The translations under genes and the position numbers were made by a program. Positions 37,928 through 49,880 of a DNA stretch of 64,000 nt are shown piece by piece. The stretch comes from Camelus dromedarius (Eukaryota), in the NCBI RefSeq assembly GCF_036321535.1, contig NC_087472.1, positions 99,884,001-99,948,000 of the forward strand, given 5' to 3'. Below the pieces are notes generated by a model that saw nothing but the letters and a program-made list of their open reading frames with translations, was not told where the DNA came from and did no database searches. Each line of letters starts with the position of its first letter. Position 1 is the first letter of the stretch.

Positions 37928-38339
37928 TTAAAAAAATTTTTTTGGCTTTTAAATTTTTCCAATAAGGTTAAAAATTGCCTCTTTATATGCATTTTATTTG
38001 TTTTTCTGGGTTGTTATCTTGAGATTAATTATAATTGTATTTCCATAATACTGAATTTTATATCACAGAATTGAAAAACAATTGATTAGTAGGCCTGGCA
38101 TGATTTCCCCCACATCTTTACTTCCCTGTCTCCCCTTCTTGATGAACTAAATGGACCAAAGAGCGTTCTTTTAAGCTTTGTGTATGTTCATATGTAGTGT
38201 CATCACTGTGATCAGTTGTGTTGGTATCTTTCAAACTAGCAGTGGAAATGATGTAACCAAATTATATTAAGGGACAGAGTCAACTTCTTCCTTGATGCGG
38301 AAAAGGTAGCAGTCAATAGTCTAATGATTGGGAAATACT

Positions 38340-39790
38340 AAGCACATTTTAATTATGAACTTTTAAATCAACTAAAGTTTTGTATAGCTAACACAGGCAC
38401 ATAGGACCAATTAAAGGGACAAAATATATGTTTTCTCTGTCTCCCAGACACCCTGTTTCTTTCCCTTAAGGCAGCCTCAGTTACCAGTCTATTGTTCTGT
38501 ATTACACAATGAGGCATGCACACAAATTTGTACAAATGCTTGCAAACATTATTAGACTTTTTTACCTAGCCACATGTCTCGGTGATTATCCTTATTGGCA
38601 CTTTGGGGCCAGCTTCATTCTTGGAGAGAGTTGCATGGTATGGATTTGCTGTAATTGAGGGAACCAGTTTGCTACTGACACGCATTTACATTCTTTCAGT
38701 CTTTTGCTAATTTAAGCAGTGCCATAATGACTGATCTTCTGCATATGCCACTTTGCACATGTGCGAGTATATTTGCAGTTTAATTTCCTAGAAGTGGAAA
38801 TACTGAGTCAAAAGGCATGGGTATTTACATTTTTGATAGATAATTGCCACATTGCTTCCCACAGAGGTTGTACCAATTGATATATCAATTTATACTCTCA
38901 GTGGACAGTATGAGAAAGTATCTTTCTCTACAGCATTGCTAACATTATATTATCAATTTTTTATTATTGCCGATATAACAGATAAAAATTATATCTTTTA
39001 TCAGTAGAACTAATAAATTCACTGGGTATTGGAGAGGCCCATTGAGAAACTTCATGATATTGAACATCAAGAAAAATAATATCTCATTATAACTAAAAAA
39101 TTACGTACATCCCTCTCTATGTAGACTGTCAACTTCTGGAGATTTTTGTGCTTGCTATTCTCTGTGTCTCTCATCCTTACTCTTTGCGTGAGTACCAGCT
39201 GCATGCCAGGCACTGCACTACGTGCTGTGAAAACCAAGACAGTATCCTGAGAACCCACACTCTAGTCTAGAGAGGATTTATGTAAACATTTTAATATAGA
39301 AGGTGTAAATGCTACAATTTTAGTGTAAGAAAATAGCCAAAAGGATTCAGGGTCCTGTGTACTGAACACTGCACAGATATTGTCAAATGAATCCCGTTGT
39401 AATTTGCATTTCTCTTATAAGTGTGGTTAAGCATCTTTTCATATGTTTGAGTCATTTTTTTCTATGAATTGTCCTTTGCTGTATTATTGTTGTGTCATTG
39501 ATCTTTTTGCTGATACTTTGTGGAAAGAGTTCTTTCTATATAACAGGCAATATTCTCCCACTTTGACTTTTCTCTTTGTTGATAAGTTTTCTTTTTCTTT
39601 TTTTTCTATGTTGTATTTATAGTTTACTGTAATTCATCAGCCCTTTCTTTTGTGGCTTCTGGATACTGTGTCAGAGGGTCAAAGAGTCTTTCCTACCCCG
39701 AAATTGTGAAATCTTTCTTTCACGCTTTCTTCTAGTGCTTTTAGGGTTTAATTTTTAAATGAGTAAATTTGTTTTGAATGTCTAATATTC
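38340..39790 (-). mobile_element. Old L1ME/MD fragment, interrupted at ~39000-39395
   Basis: taatttcctagaagtggaaatactgagtcaaaaggcatg...ttgccacattgcttcccacagaggttgtaccaatt...ttgtaatttgcatttctctta..ttaagcatcttttcatatgtt. Confidence 0.7.
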
Positions 39791-42700
39791 ACAGTCTAAT
39801 AAAGAAATAGTATTGCCTATTTTAAAAAATGAGGCACTGTATTTTCTTACCATATCTTCTTCCTACTGCTCTTAAGGCAGATCTACATCCTGTCAGGTGA
39901 GAAGTTGATTATGACCACCAACCAGTGAACACCAGTTGCATTATCGTTGGGGTGATACAGATTTCCGTGTTGTCGTAGCTTTGAGCTGAATTGAAAATAC
40001 TCCCCCTCGTCTGTAGGTAACCATCCTGCTCATAACACTCTTGCTAAATTGGCCATTCATTTGACAAATATTTATTAAGTGCCTGCTAAAGCATGTCCAT
40101 ACGGTTGGTATTGACACCTTTTGATCCAATGGTAATAATCTAGCTGTTTATCAGGGCATGGACAGATATAAAGGCATTAACTATCATGCAGGTATTTGTG
40201 TCGTACATCAGGAAGCTATGTCATCTCTTTAGGATGCGAATTTAGCCAGTCTCACCTTTGTCCGGAATCTAGGAGCATTCATTCCCGTCCTACAGGTCAA
40301 GAGCCTTTTGCCTGGGCTTGTGCTATTAGTGATTCTTGGGAGTTAATACTACAAATACATGATAGTGTAGATATGCAGTTGAAGATTACATAGAGATATG
40401 ACAATAGGTATCCCGTTACTTAAAAAAAAAACAACTTTCCTTCTTATCTATTGAGCTGAAAATGTCTTAGATATATTTATGATGATATGTCAGAGCACTT
40501 TTTTAAGTGGCAGCGTATTTTGTAAATATAAGAAAGCCATTGCAGTATGAGACATTGATGTGGTTTCACTATGTAGTTTTTAGGGGAAATTATGAAATAT
40601 TTCAAGCATTAGAAAAAGACAGAAACTGGATAACAAATACCAGTGTGCTCACCATCTTGCTGTATCAAATCCTCATATTTTGCCATATATATTTATATTT
40701 TCTTTACAATTCTTTTTAATGAAGTTAGTGCATTTTGTGATTCAGCAGCATGAGTGTTTTTTTTAAAAAAATATTGTGATAATGAGAAGTTTTTTTTAAA
40801 GGAAATGAAATCTTACAGATAGAGCTGAAGTTCCCTTGGTGTTTACCATTACTTTCAGGATACTTGCTATGTCTTCCTGGGTGTTTTGAGACTGACTAGC
40901 CTACTGCAAAGGGAGCCAAATGCTGGGAAAGCACAGTCTGTGAGCAGTGAATGTTCATGGGGCGGCTGCTCCTTAAATTTGCCATTTGTGTGGGGGGCAG
41001 GCAGGAAGATATCATGCATGTGTGTCTGTGTCGGGAGGATGATGTGCTATTCCAGGATTCTGTATCTATTTAAAACTCTCTTGATCGGTAGATTTGTGTA
41101 AGGGTTTGTTTTTAATGACTTCCTTTTATCTCCTGCCAGTGGTTAACTCTGCAAAAAGATTTTCCGTGAACTAGCGTAGGGGGCACAGCTGTGATCCCAC
41201 AGCCACATCTGGCTCTAAAGGAAGACTTACCTCCAGAAAGAAACAGACCAGGTTTGACGGCAGGCTGACAAATGATGCCTCTTTTTCCCTTCCCTGCTTC
41301 AACCCTGAGCTTCCGGGGGCCCAGCCCAGCCTTACTCTAATGCAGAGGGAAGCCCAGGACCAGTGTTTCTGGCTGCTCACGGCAGCCCGAAGCTCCCCTG
41401 GTGTCAGTGGCACCAGCCTGCTCTGTGCTCCTGTACTCTTGGTGGCAGGAGAGAAGGAAGCATTGCAGGATGTGAGGCAAGCAGCTGAGGTGGAGAGGAA
41501 GGGCGCCATGGAGGGAGCAGAGCCACTCAGCTGATTGTGCCAATTCAATGAGACGCCACTTGGTAGGTGCATCTGGCACATTCTGCCCATCCATCCCCTT
41601 AATGTTGATCCCAGAAAGCTTTCTACCCCCTGAGTTGAATATTAAAACACCCAAGCACTAGCTTTTCCAGTTTTTGACCTTCTAGGGTGATAGATTAGCA
41701 CATTTCAATTTAAAAGAGTCTGTCTTCTTCTGGTTTAAGTACTGATGTTCTTTTACATTGAAATAGCACTTAGTGAAGTGCAGAGATCTTAGAAATATAG
41801 CTCAATGAATTTTTAGGTTTTTATACTCCTGTGCACCCATCACCCAGGCCAAATTATAGAACATTTTCATTCTCCTAGCAGGCTCTCTTGTGCCCCTCCC
41901 AGTCAGTACTAGTTCTGGGGTTTTGACTCACAGCAGCATTCTCTCTGTCCACTGTGACACCTATGTCTTGACTTGTCGAGGTTGGTAGAAGACATAAAGG
42001 ATGAGAAGAAGGAGGGGCCCCCAAACCAGACCTTCATTGGTGTTTTACTGTGTAGTATTTTGGTTAGTTGAAAGAAGTTAAGGTTCAACCCAGTCAACTC
42101 CCCAGCACACACTTCATATGTAACAGATGGGAGTCGAGGAGGAGAGGGAGCCGACTTGGCTCAGCCACCAGCCACATCCAGGCAACTCCGCTGATCAGAA
42201 AGCAGACGATGCTAATTTAGCTCCCAGTTGTGTACAAAGTATGCCTTTGCCCAGTGAGGCTGCCGTTTGCAGGCTGCTAAATGTGTCACAGAATTTTTGC
42301 TGGAGTGGCATTATTGGGGCTTCATGGCCTCCAGAAATGGGGAAGCCATCTTGGGCAGTGATCAACATAGTGCTTTAGGAAACAGGAATGGTGTGAATTC
42401 CCCTCTCCTTTCACTCAGATGGTCCTTGCTACACAGCTCTAGTGTCGTCAGAGCATCGATAGTTTGTTGATGTTCTCAGTTTTACTGTACAAGCGAAGTT
42501 TCCATTGTTAAGGCATCAGATCTGAGATAAAGAGAAGCTAGATTTTCTTTCCTTTCTAAAGAGGTTAGCTGATAACCTGACTATTCTCTAGTGTTTTAAA
42601 GCAAGTGGAATCATTGCTGACTTATATCCATGGGTATGTATAAATCTGTAAGCCCCTGTGGCCCACAATTCTGGCCCAATCCTACCACTGAGATAGTAGG

Positions 42701-43619
42701 ATCCAGGTTCTTAACAAATGGTTAAAAATATAGGCCTCATGATTAGAAAGCTGAGACTGAGGGCTGGGTGTTAGGAATGCCCATACCCAGGAAAGTCAGA
42801 GTCCCATGACCTGGATCAGAACCTCGGAGAGCTCCAGGTACATGGATGCTAGCTGCTGTAGGTTGGCAGGAGTTACTCCAGCGCGACTGGGTCTCATGAT
42901 TCGTATATGCCAAAATATATCAGTCTAGAAAAATCAGGATTTTTTTTTTCAGTAGAAAAATGATAGTGTTATTGTGAGGAGCAAGTGAAAAAAGATCTGT
43001 TAAAGCACTTTAATTTATATAAGCCCTAGCCAGGGTCAGATTGTGGCTTTCCCAACATCGTCACCAGTTTTTGGAGCCTGCCAATAGGAGTCCATGACAT
43101 CAAACATCTGTGAATATCATGGTGTTCAAAAAGTGTACTCTTCAACTTGCATTTGCATGGTAATTGGTACCCTGGGGTCAGCACGCATGTCAGATAGTTT
43201 GAGCCAGAAGTGAATACACAGGGACTTGTGGCTTGCTGTACAATTTGAAAACTTTTTAAATGAAAGAGCTTGCCCTGTGGTCTTTTGGAAGTAACTGGAG
43301 GATTTCAGTACAGGAGTGAAAAGAGCAGACAGTTGTTTTAGGAGAGTGTCTTTTGAGGCAGTGTGGAGGTTGAACTGGGAGGGGAGGGACTGGGGGCAAG
43401 CAGGACTTGGGGAAAGAGTGGTTAAGAGGTGAGCTCTGAAGCTACACAGGTTGGGTTCCAATTCTGGCTCCTACTTGTTTGAGTTTCCTTAGCTCTCTGT
43501 CTTGGCGTGTGCATCTTTGAATAGAGCTACTATGCAGGTTAAAAGTTGCAATCCAGGTGAAGCTCTTAGAGGAGGCTTTGGTGCATGGTAAACTCTCAAA
43601 TGTAAGCTGGTATTCATGT

Positions 43620-44464
43620 GTATGTTTTATAGTAGTAAAATATATGTATATAATAAATTTTGCCATTTAAAAATACAGTTCAGTGGTATCCATTACATTC
43701 ACAATATTGTGCAACCATCACCATTTTTTGTTTCCAAAACTTTTCATCACCCCAGATAGAAACTCTATAACCATTAAACATTAACTCCCATCCCTCTATT
43801 CCCCTCGCTCCCTGGTAACCTCTAGTCTGCTTTCTGTCTCTATTCAGTTTGCCCGTTCTAGGTGCCTCATATATGTGGAATGATACAATATTGACCTTTT
43901 TGTGTCTTGCTTATTTCACTTAGCATAATGTTGCCCAGGCTCATTCAGGTCATAGTGTGCATCAAAATTTTATTCCTTTTTTAAGGCTGAACAATATTCT
44001 ATTGTATGTATATATACCACATTTTGTTTATCTGTTCATCTGTTGATGGACACTTGGATCGTTTCCACTTTTTGGCTCTTGTGAATAATGCTGCTGTAAA
44101 AGTTGGCATACAAGTATTTGTTTAGGTCCCTGCTTTTAACTCTGTAGGGTATAAACCTAGGAGTGGAATTGCTGGGTCATGTGGTAATTCTGTGTTTAAC
44201 TTTTTGAGGAACATCCATATTGTTTTTCACGGTGACTGCACCATTTTACATTCCCACCAGCAATATACGAGGGTTCCAATTTCTCCACGTCCTCATCAAC
44301 ACTTGTTTTCCTTTAAAAAAAATTCTAGCCGTCTTAGTGAAGATGAAGGGATATTTCATGGTTTTGATTTGCATTTCCCTGAATAATGATGTTGAGCATC
44401 TTGTCATATGCTTATTGGCCATTTGTATATCTTCTTTGGAGAAATGTCTATTCAAGTTCTTTGC
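43620..44464 (-). mobile_element. L1MB-type LINE 3' end/ORF2 end
   Basis: Typical L1MB text (ggtgcctcatatatgtggaatgatacaata...acctaggagtggaattgctgggtcatgtggtaattc...ggagaaatgtctattcaagttctttgcc); TSD ctggtat(t/g)catgt at 43607-43619 / 44465-44477. Explains the [19 protein letters not shown]. Confidence 0.9.
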
Positions 44465-46107
44465 CTGGTATGCATGTCTTTAAGGCAGTGGGGGAGGAAG
44501 GAGAAACAGATTGAGGAAGTAGATAGAGCCCAACTGGGTGGCTGCTTCGATCTGAGGGTTAACACTGAGTTTTCCAGCCTGGGTAGGTGGGTAGATGATG
44601 GGCTGTCAAGCAAGATAGCTTCCCTCTTGCATTGAGGCTGGTGTACCTGGGTGTTGGGAAGGTGGAGGGTCTGCTGAATGTGCTGCCATGCCTATGTGTC
44701 TGATTGGTTTCTTTGGACAAAATACAGGACCTGCTTTATTTTTTGTCTCCTCCCTGCTTCCATCTAAGAAGCAACTTAAGAAATGAAGTTGTCATTAGAC
44801 TTATCTATCTGGCAAATGTGAACAGTCATTGGGAGACAACAGAATCTGAAACTTACAAACCAACCTCTCTCCTGTTGCTGGTTTCTCAGCCCTTAAGCAC
44901 TTGCTTGATCAGATCAGTCCTTCAAAGCTCCTGGGGTGCTGCTCTGAAGCCTGGGGAATGAACATTCTTGACAACCATGGCTTCTGAGGCTTTCTCTGGT
45001 GACCACCCCAGTCTCTCAAAAGTTTGCACTCCCTCACCCTGCCCCAACTGTGTGCCATTAGTGGTTAGTGCTAAGCAAATGTTTAACCATGTCACCCACA
45101 ACCCACTGAATTTCTCTGAATTACTCCTTGGCCAAATTGGACATTGCATCACTGGATTGTGTTGTGTCCAGGGGGTTGGAAATTTGCGTTTGCACAGTTG
45201 TACCCACACACTGCAGTGGAAAGTGATGTCTGAGCAACCGTTCTACCCTTGGAGAAGCAACCATTCAGGAATGAGCCCCCATCGTGGCTTGTTTTCTTTA
45301 CTTCTAGAACCAGAGCAGGCTGGCAGCCATTACTAAGAAAGCATCCCTTCATGCGGCTCACGCTGGCAATGTTTGCAGATTGTCCCCTGATGCCATCTGC
45401 CTGTGAAGCTGCAGAAACCCCCAGCAACTGCTGTTCTAGCAGGTGCCTGGGCTGCTGAGGTGGGAGTGCGTGTACACACACACACACACATACACATGCA
45501 TGCACGCAGCTTTGCTGTGTTGGCCTGGGGTGTCAGCTGAAACTCTCAGCCCAGCAGAGCACCAGCCGCAGTTGCTGGTTTCCGGTGGGGCCCTGGTTAG
45601 GGAGAGAGGGCGAGGCTGTCGTGAACAGAGCCAGCAGTTGGGGAATTGGATACGGTAACTAACACGCGGATGTGTAGGAAGCTGCCAGGCAGTGGCTATG
45701 TTTTGACAAGCTTTTGTTCTCTCTCTTCTTTCCACCTCTGCTCTCTGCCCAGGCCAAATTGAGGCCCCCTACTTAATTTTCCATCTTCATGTTCATTCAC
45801 AGAAAGACCCATGCCCGGCTGTTGTCCCAGCTTCTTTCTAGAGAACACTTCTCTGGAGCCCTGAAACCACTCAGCCATGCTTTGGCTCTCGCCCCTTCCC
45901 CTTCTCTTTTTTCCCAAGTCAGTGTGATCATGGGTTCAGACAAGCCTAGAACTCCCCTGCCCAGGTCTGCAGTCTGTGAGTTACTATTATTTCTGGCTCT
46001 TCATGCTTTTGAAAATAATTATGTAAATTATTAAAGTAATTTGAAATAACTGTCTCAGGCATCAGGTTTTAAAAATCCAGATCTTAATGGAGCTTTGATA
46101 AGAGACC

Positions 46108-46293
46108 ACGTATTATAACTTTTTTCTGTAAAGGACCGTGTATTTTAGGCTTGGATCTCTGTTCCAGCTACTTAGCTCTGCCCTTGTAGCATCAAAGCAC
46201 CCATAGAAAACACTTAAATGAATGAAGGGGGTTATGTTATAATGAAACTTTATGTACAAAACCACGTGGTGGGCTCAGTTTGCTGATCCCTGG
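46108..46293. mobile_element. MER58A hAT MITE
   Basis: aacttttttctgtaaaggacc..tattttaggctt..agctacttagctctgcccttgtagc...agtttgctgatccctg. Confidence 0.8.
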
Positions 46294-46832
46294 CCTAGAA
46301 TTATAGTTTTTATTTTAGTTTGTGATCTTTCTATTTCTCTCGGTCAAGAATTAAAAAACCAGAGGACCTTGGTGACTATAAATAAACTTAAATGATCTTC
46401 TTTTGGGTTTAGAATAATCATGAGCACAATGGTGATTTGGAAATATACTTCTTTAAACCCTTGTTGGGAAAAGTGAAAACCAGAAGGCTTTTGAGGAGGG
46501 ACTCTGCTTGGCCAAAGCTTATCCTTGTTCAAAAAGCTTATCCTTCTTCAAACACTTAGAGCTGTTTGGTGGCCTTTATGATCACTTGGAATGACCATAG
46601 TCACAGAAGATTGCATAACTACTTTGGACATTATTCCAATTTATAGGACCAGATGCTTCTCTAATAAATATAAGAGAAACAAGCTACAGAAATATAGGAA
46701 ATGGTGTTTTTAAAACGTTACACTGAGTTGAGGTCATTATAGTTCATTTCCAGAAAGCTGAAGCTTAAAATAGTCAGAGACATTCTAAAATGTTAAACTA
46801 CAATCTTGTTTTCCTTTTCTCTATCTTTGTAG

Positions 46833-46956
46833 GAAATAAAGAAAGAGATGAAGAAAGACCCTCTCTCCAGCAAAGCTCCAGAAAAGCCCATGCACGAAGT
46901 GTCCAGTGGAAACACTTTGCTGTCTTCTGAAACAATTCTAAGAACCAACAAGAGAG
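46833..46956 (+). CDS. SH3KBP1: SH3KBP1 internal coding exon (linker between SH3A and SH3B; human exon 3 equivalent)
   Basis: Polypyrimidine tract ttgttttccttttctctatctttgtAG. 124 nt reading [41 protein letters not shown]+G, with donor gtatgg at 46957. Matches recalled CIN85 [42 protein letters not shown]. Confidence 0.96.
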
Positions 46957-49849
46957 GTATGGGAAAGAAGAAAGAGCCCCCTCCCCACGCACAAACCCAA
47001 ACTGGAAACTGCTAGGTGAACTGTATGAAATTTTGAATTGCTGGAAAACTGAATGGCATTTGCCCTTTTGGTTTCGGGGGGCAGGTTTGGTATAAATTTT
47101 GGATGCGTGCGTGCAGACACATGGCAAGTAACGATGCAATAAGTATAATAAGGGGAACTAATAAAAATTTTTGACAGTGGGAAATAGAAAAATCATCATT
47201 TACAAATTTAGTCTAGGACTCTAGCTTTCGCTTTCATATCTATTTTTATGGATGAAAGGTGACCTTAGAGAACCCTATGGTGAAGGCTGAACTGGGGACG
47301 TCTGGCCGTGCTCTCTTTTCAACTTAAGGGCAAGCTTCAGCAGGGTCTTTCTCTCTCCAACCGCTGGGCTCCCGAACACCGGCCTTGTCTCTTTCGGTTT
47401 AGGAGGCAGAACATGCAGAGATACAGCTCATCCATCCATCTGTCTAACCGGGAAACCTTTCACCATCTTGTTTTCCTCTTCTGAGACCTCAAGGCAGATT
47501 TTTCAGGTGTCAGCTCATTGGAGTTTTGTTTTCTCTCCTACCTGCCCTCTGTGACATTGTCGTCTGGAATGATAGGAGAGAGACTATAAGATGGCAGGGA
47601 CGACTCAGTTTTAGACCCACATTTTTAGGTCAGACTAGATTCCCTCGGTTTCTTCTGAGCCTCACCCTCACCGTGGCCCAGCCCGGCGCACGCTGAGCGC
47701 GCCCGCAATAGGTTAGCTTTCAGCTGCAGGCTTTTCAGGGGCTTATTACTTCCTTAAAGAGAAACATAGAGCTGTTCAAAAGCAGGAGCCGGAAATGTAT
47801 TAGCAAAGAGTTCCATTAAAAAGAAAAAAGAAGGCAAGTTTACATAACCACAGGGAAGAACAGCTAATCTTTCATCAAATTTAGACAGCAGAAGAATTTG
47901 TCCAATAAACTGTCCATTGATCATAGTGCTGGAGACCTCAGCTTTGTGTCTCTCTTCCTTCCTGCTTCTTCCGCTACCCCCTCCAGCTGCCCTGGGTTAC
48001 ATTTCCTTTTTTGAATTATTCAGATGAAATATTGGCAGGAGGCCCACGCTGGTTAGCAGCTATAGGACTTTTTTTTTTCTTGTTTTTTTTTTTAATACCA
48101 TCCTCCCGATGGAGGGGATTTTCCATTTTAAGAATTAGACCTATTTTGTCCTAAAACTGTAGTCATCCCCAGAAGCACCTCCTGCATTCTTGCAGATAAG
48201 TTCCAGAACGCCTGAGGCATGCCCTTATTGGCCTTGGAGAGCTAGGATTCAGCATGTGTGTCTGCATTCCCCAACCTCCCTTGCCGATGTGAGGCCCTCT
48301 CGTTTCTCCTGATGCTCCTTGGGTCAAGGGGGCCGAAGAAGTGCATACACGTTGACCAGAGGCAGGGCCGCTCTGGCCAGCCCTGTTTTTTGTAAAGTAA
48401 ATAAGAAAATTAAGGTAATTCATTAATTTAACAAGATAAGGAATTAATTAAGTTAAGGAATTAAGGTAGTTATCCAGATGAGTTTGATAAAATTACGTGC
48501 GTACTTTCTATCAATGAAGGAATCGAACTTTTCAGATAATATTCTCTTTATAACGAAAACTCTGACCTTTAAGGTCCCTTACAGAATTTTTCATTAACCA
48601 GAAAATGGCATTAAAAGGGGTGGCTTACTGTTTTAATGTTTCCTTTTTAAGCTTCCACCTTAGGCCTACAGCCTGATTATGACCAACTTTTTACTCTTAG
48701 GTATTTTATGTAATGAATCTGCCAGTGGCTCTGAGACCTTAGTAGCACATGGGGGTGTCCTGTAAATATGAAACACGTAACAAACCATCTTCATTCTGTC
48801 CCAGGCTTCACACTGACCCCCAGGTCACCTGGGCCAAACATAAATTTCCAGTTGAAGGGAAGCATTGTGTACCAGGGCCAATGCTGTCTTTGGCCCCGCC
48901 CCCCAGCCATCAAGGCTAACAGTATCCTACTACTCCTTATAATAAACAGCGGGGTGGATTGATTGGCCTTGTCAGGCCAGATAAATAGTTCATTGTGCTG
49001 AGCTCAAAAGCTACATTTTTTTCCAACCCCAAATCAATGAAAAACCACTTTTTCCCCCTTAAAATAAGGATCAGAGGCTAAATCTGTGGGATGATTCTAG
49101 TTACTGGTAAACACTTCCGTCCAACTAATTTTTCAAGTTTTATGAGTTATTGTAAATGAACAAAGTCTCCTTCCTCCCTTTGTGTCCATCAAGCTTTGTC
49201 CCTAGAAATCACTTGGATGTTTTTGTCTCTTGCTGCTGTTATAGAGGGAAGTTGCTTTCAGAGCTTAGTAACAGGCTACTCTGACTCACTAACATGGGCT
49301 CTTCCTTATAGTATATGAGTCCACCTTGTGATTCAGCCTTGGACCCTGTGTGAATTTCATTGAATTAACAAAAGTTCTTTTTCTTCATCTTTGATGTTTA
49401 CTTTATATGGGCCTTATCATTTAATACAGGCTTAGCAATGGTTTAAAGAAGAAAGATCAAAGTCTATTTCTATTAAAAGTCTGAAATTGACCCACTTCAT
49501 TGGGTCCTGAACTTGAGATAGATTGAGCTGAAGAAGTTTGCCCCATTGAGTCCAGCAGTTTTTGCACTGGGGACACACCTCACTTTGTAGCAGGGGCGAG
49601 TGGGTTGTAGTAGCTCACAATGTGGGATGAGCTCACCCTCCCCAGACACCTGCATAAGGTCAAAAGATACTCTACATTTGGAGGAAGCTATTCATAGCCT
49701 CGAAAAAAGGCCAAGACCATGGAAACATTAGTTTGGGGACCGATTAGTTTCAGTTTTCAGCTTTAACCTTTGCAAATCTCTACAGAGTTGATTTAGGGAG
49801 GTACTGGAATGACTCCACCGGCTTTTCACTTGAGAAAAAAGATGTGACT

Positions 49850-49852
<3 letters not shown>

Positions 49853-49880
<28 letters not shown>
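49853..49880. repeat. (AG)14 microsatellite
   Basis: Perfect AG run. Confidence 0.97.

Larger units (their letters stand above)
5152..46832 (+). other. SH3KBP1: Phase-0 GT-AG intron (~41.7 kb) of the SH3A-less SH3KBP1 isoform
   Basis: GT at 5152 and AG at 46831-46832; the reading frame is continuous across the junction (...SES|EIKK...). Confidence 0.85.
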
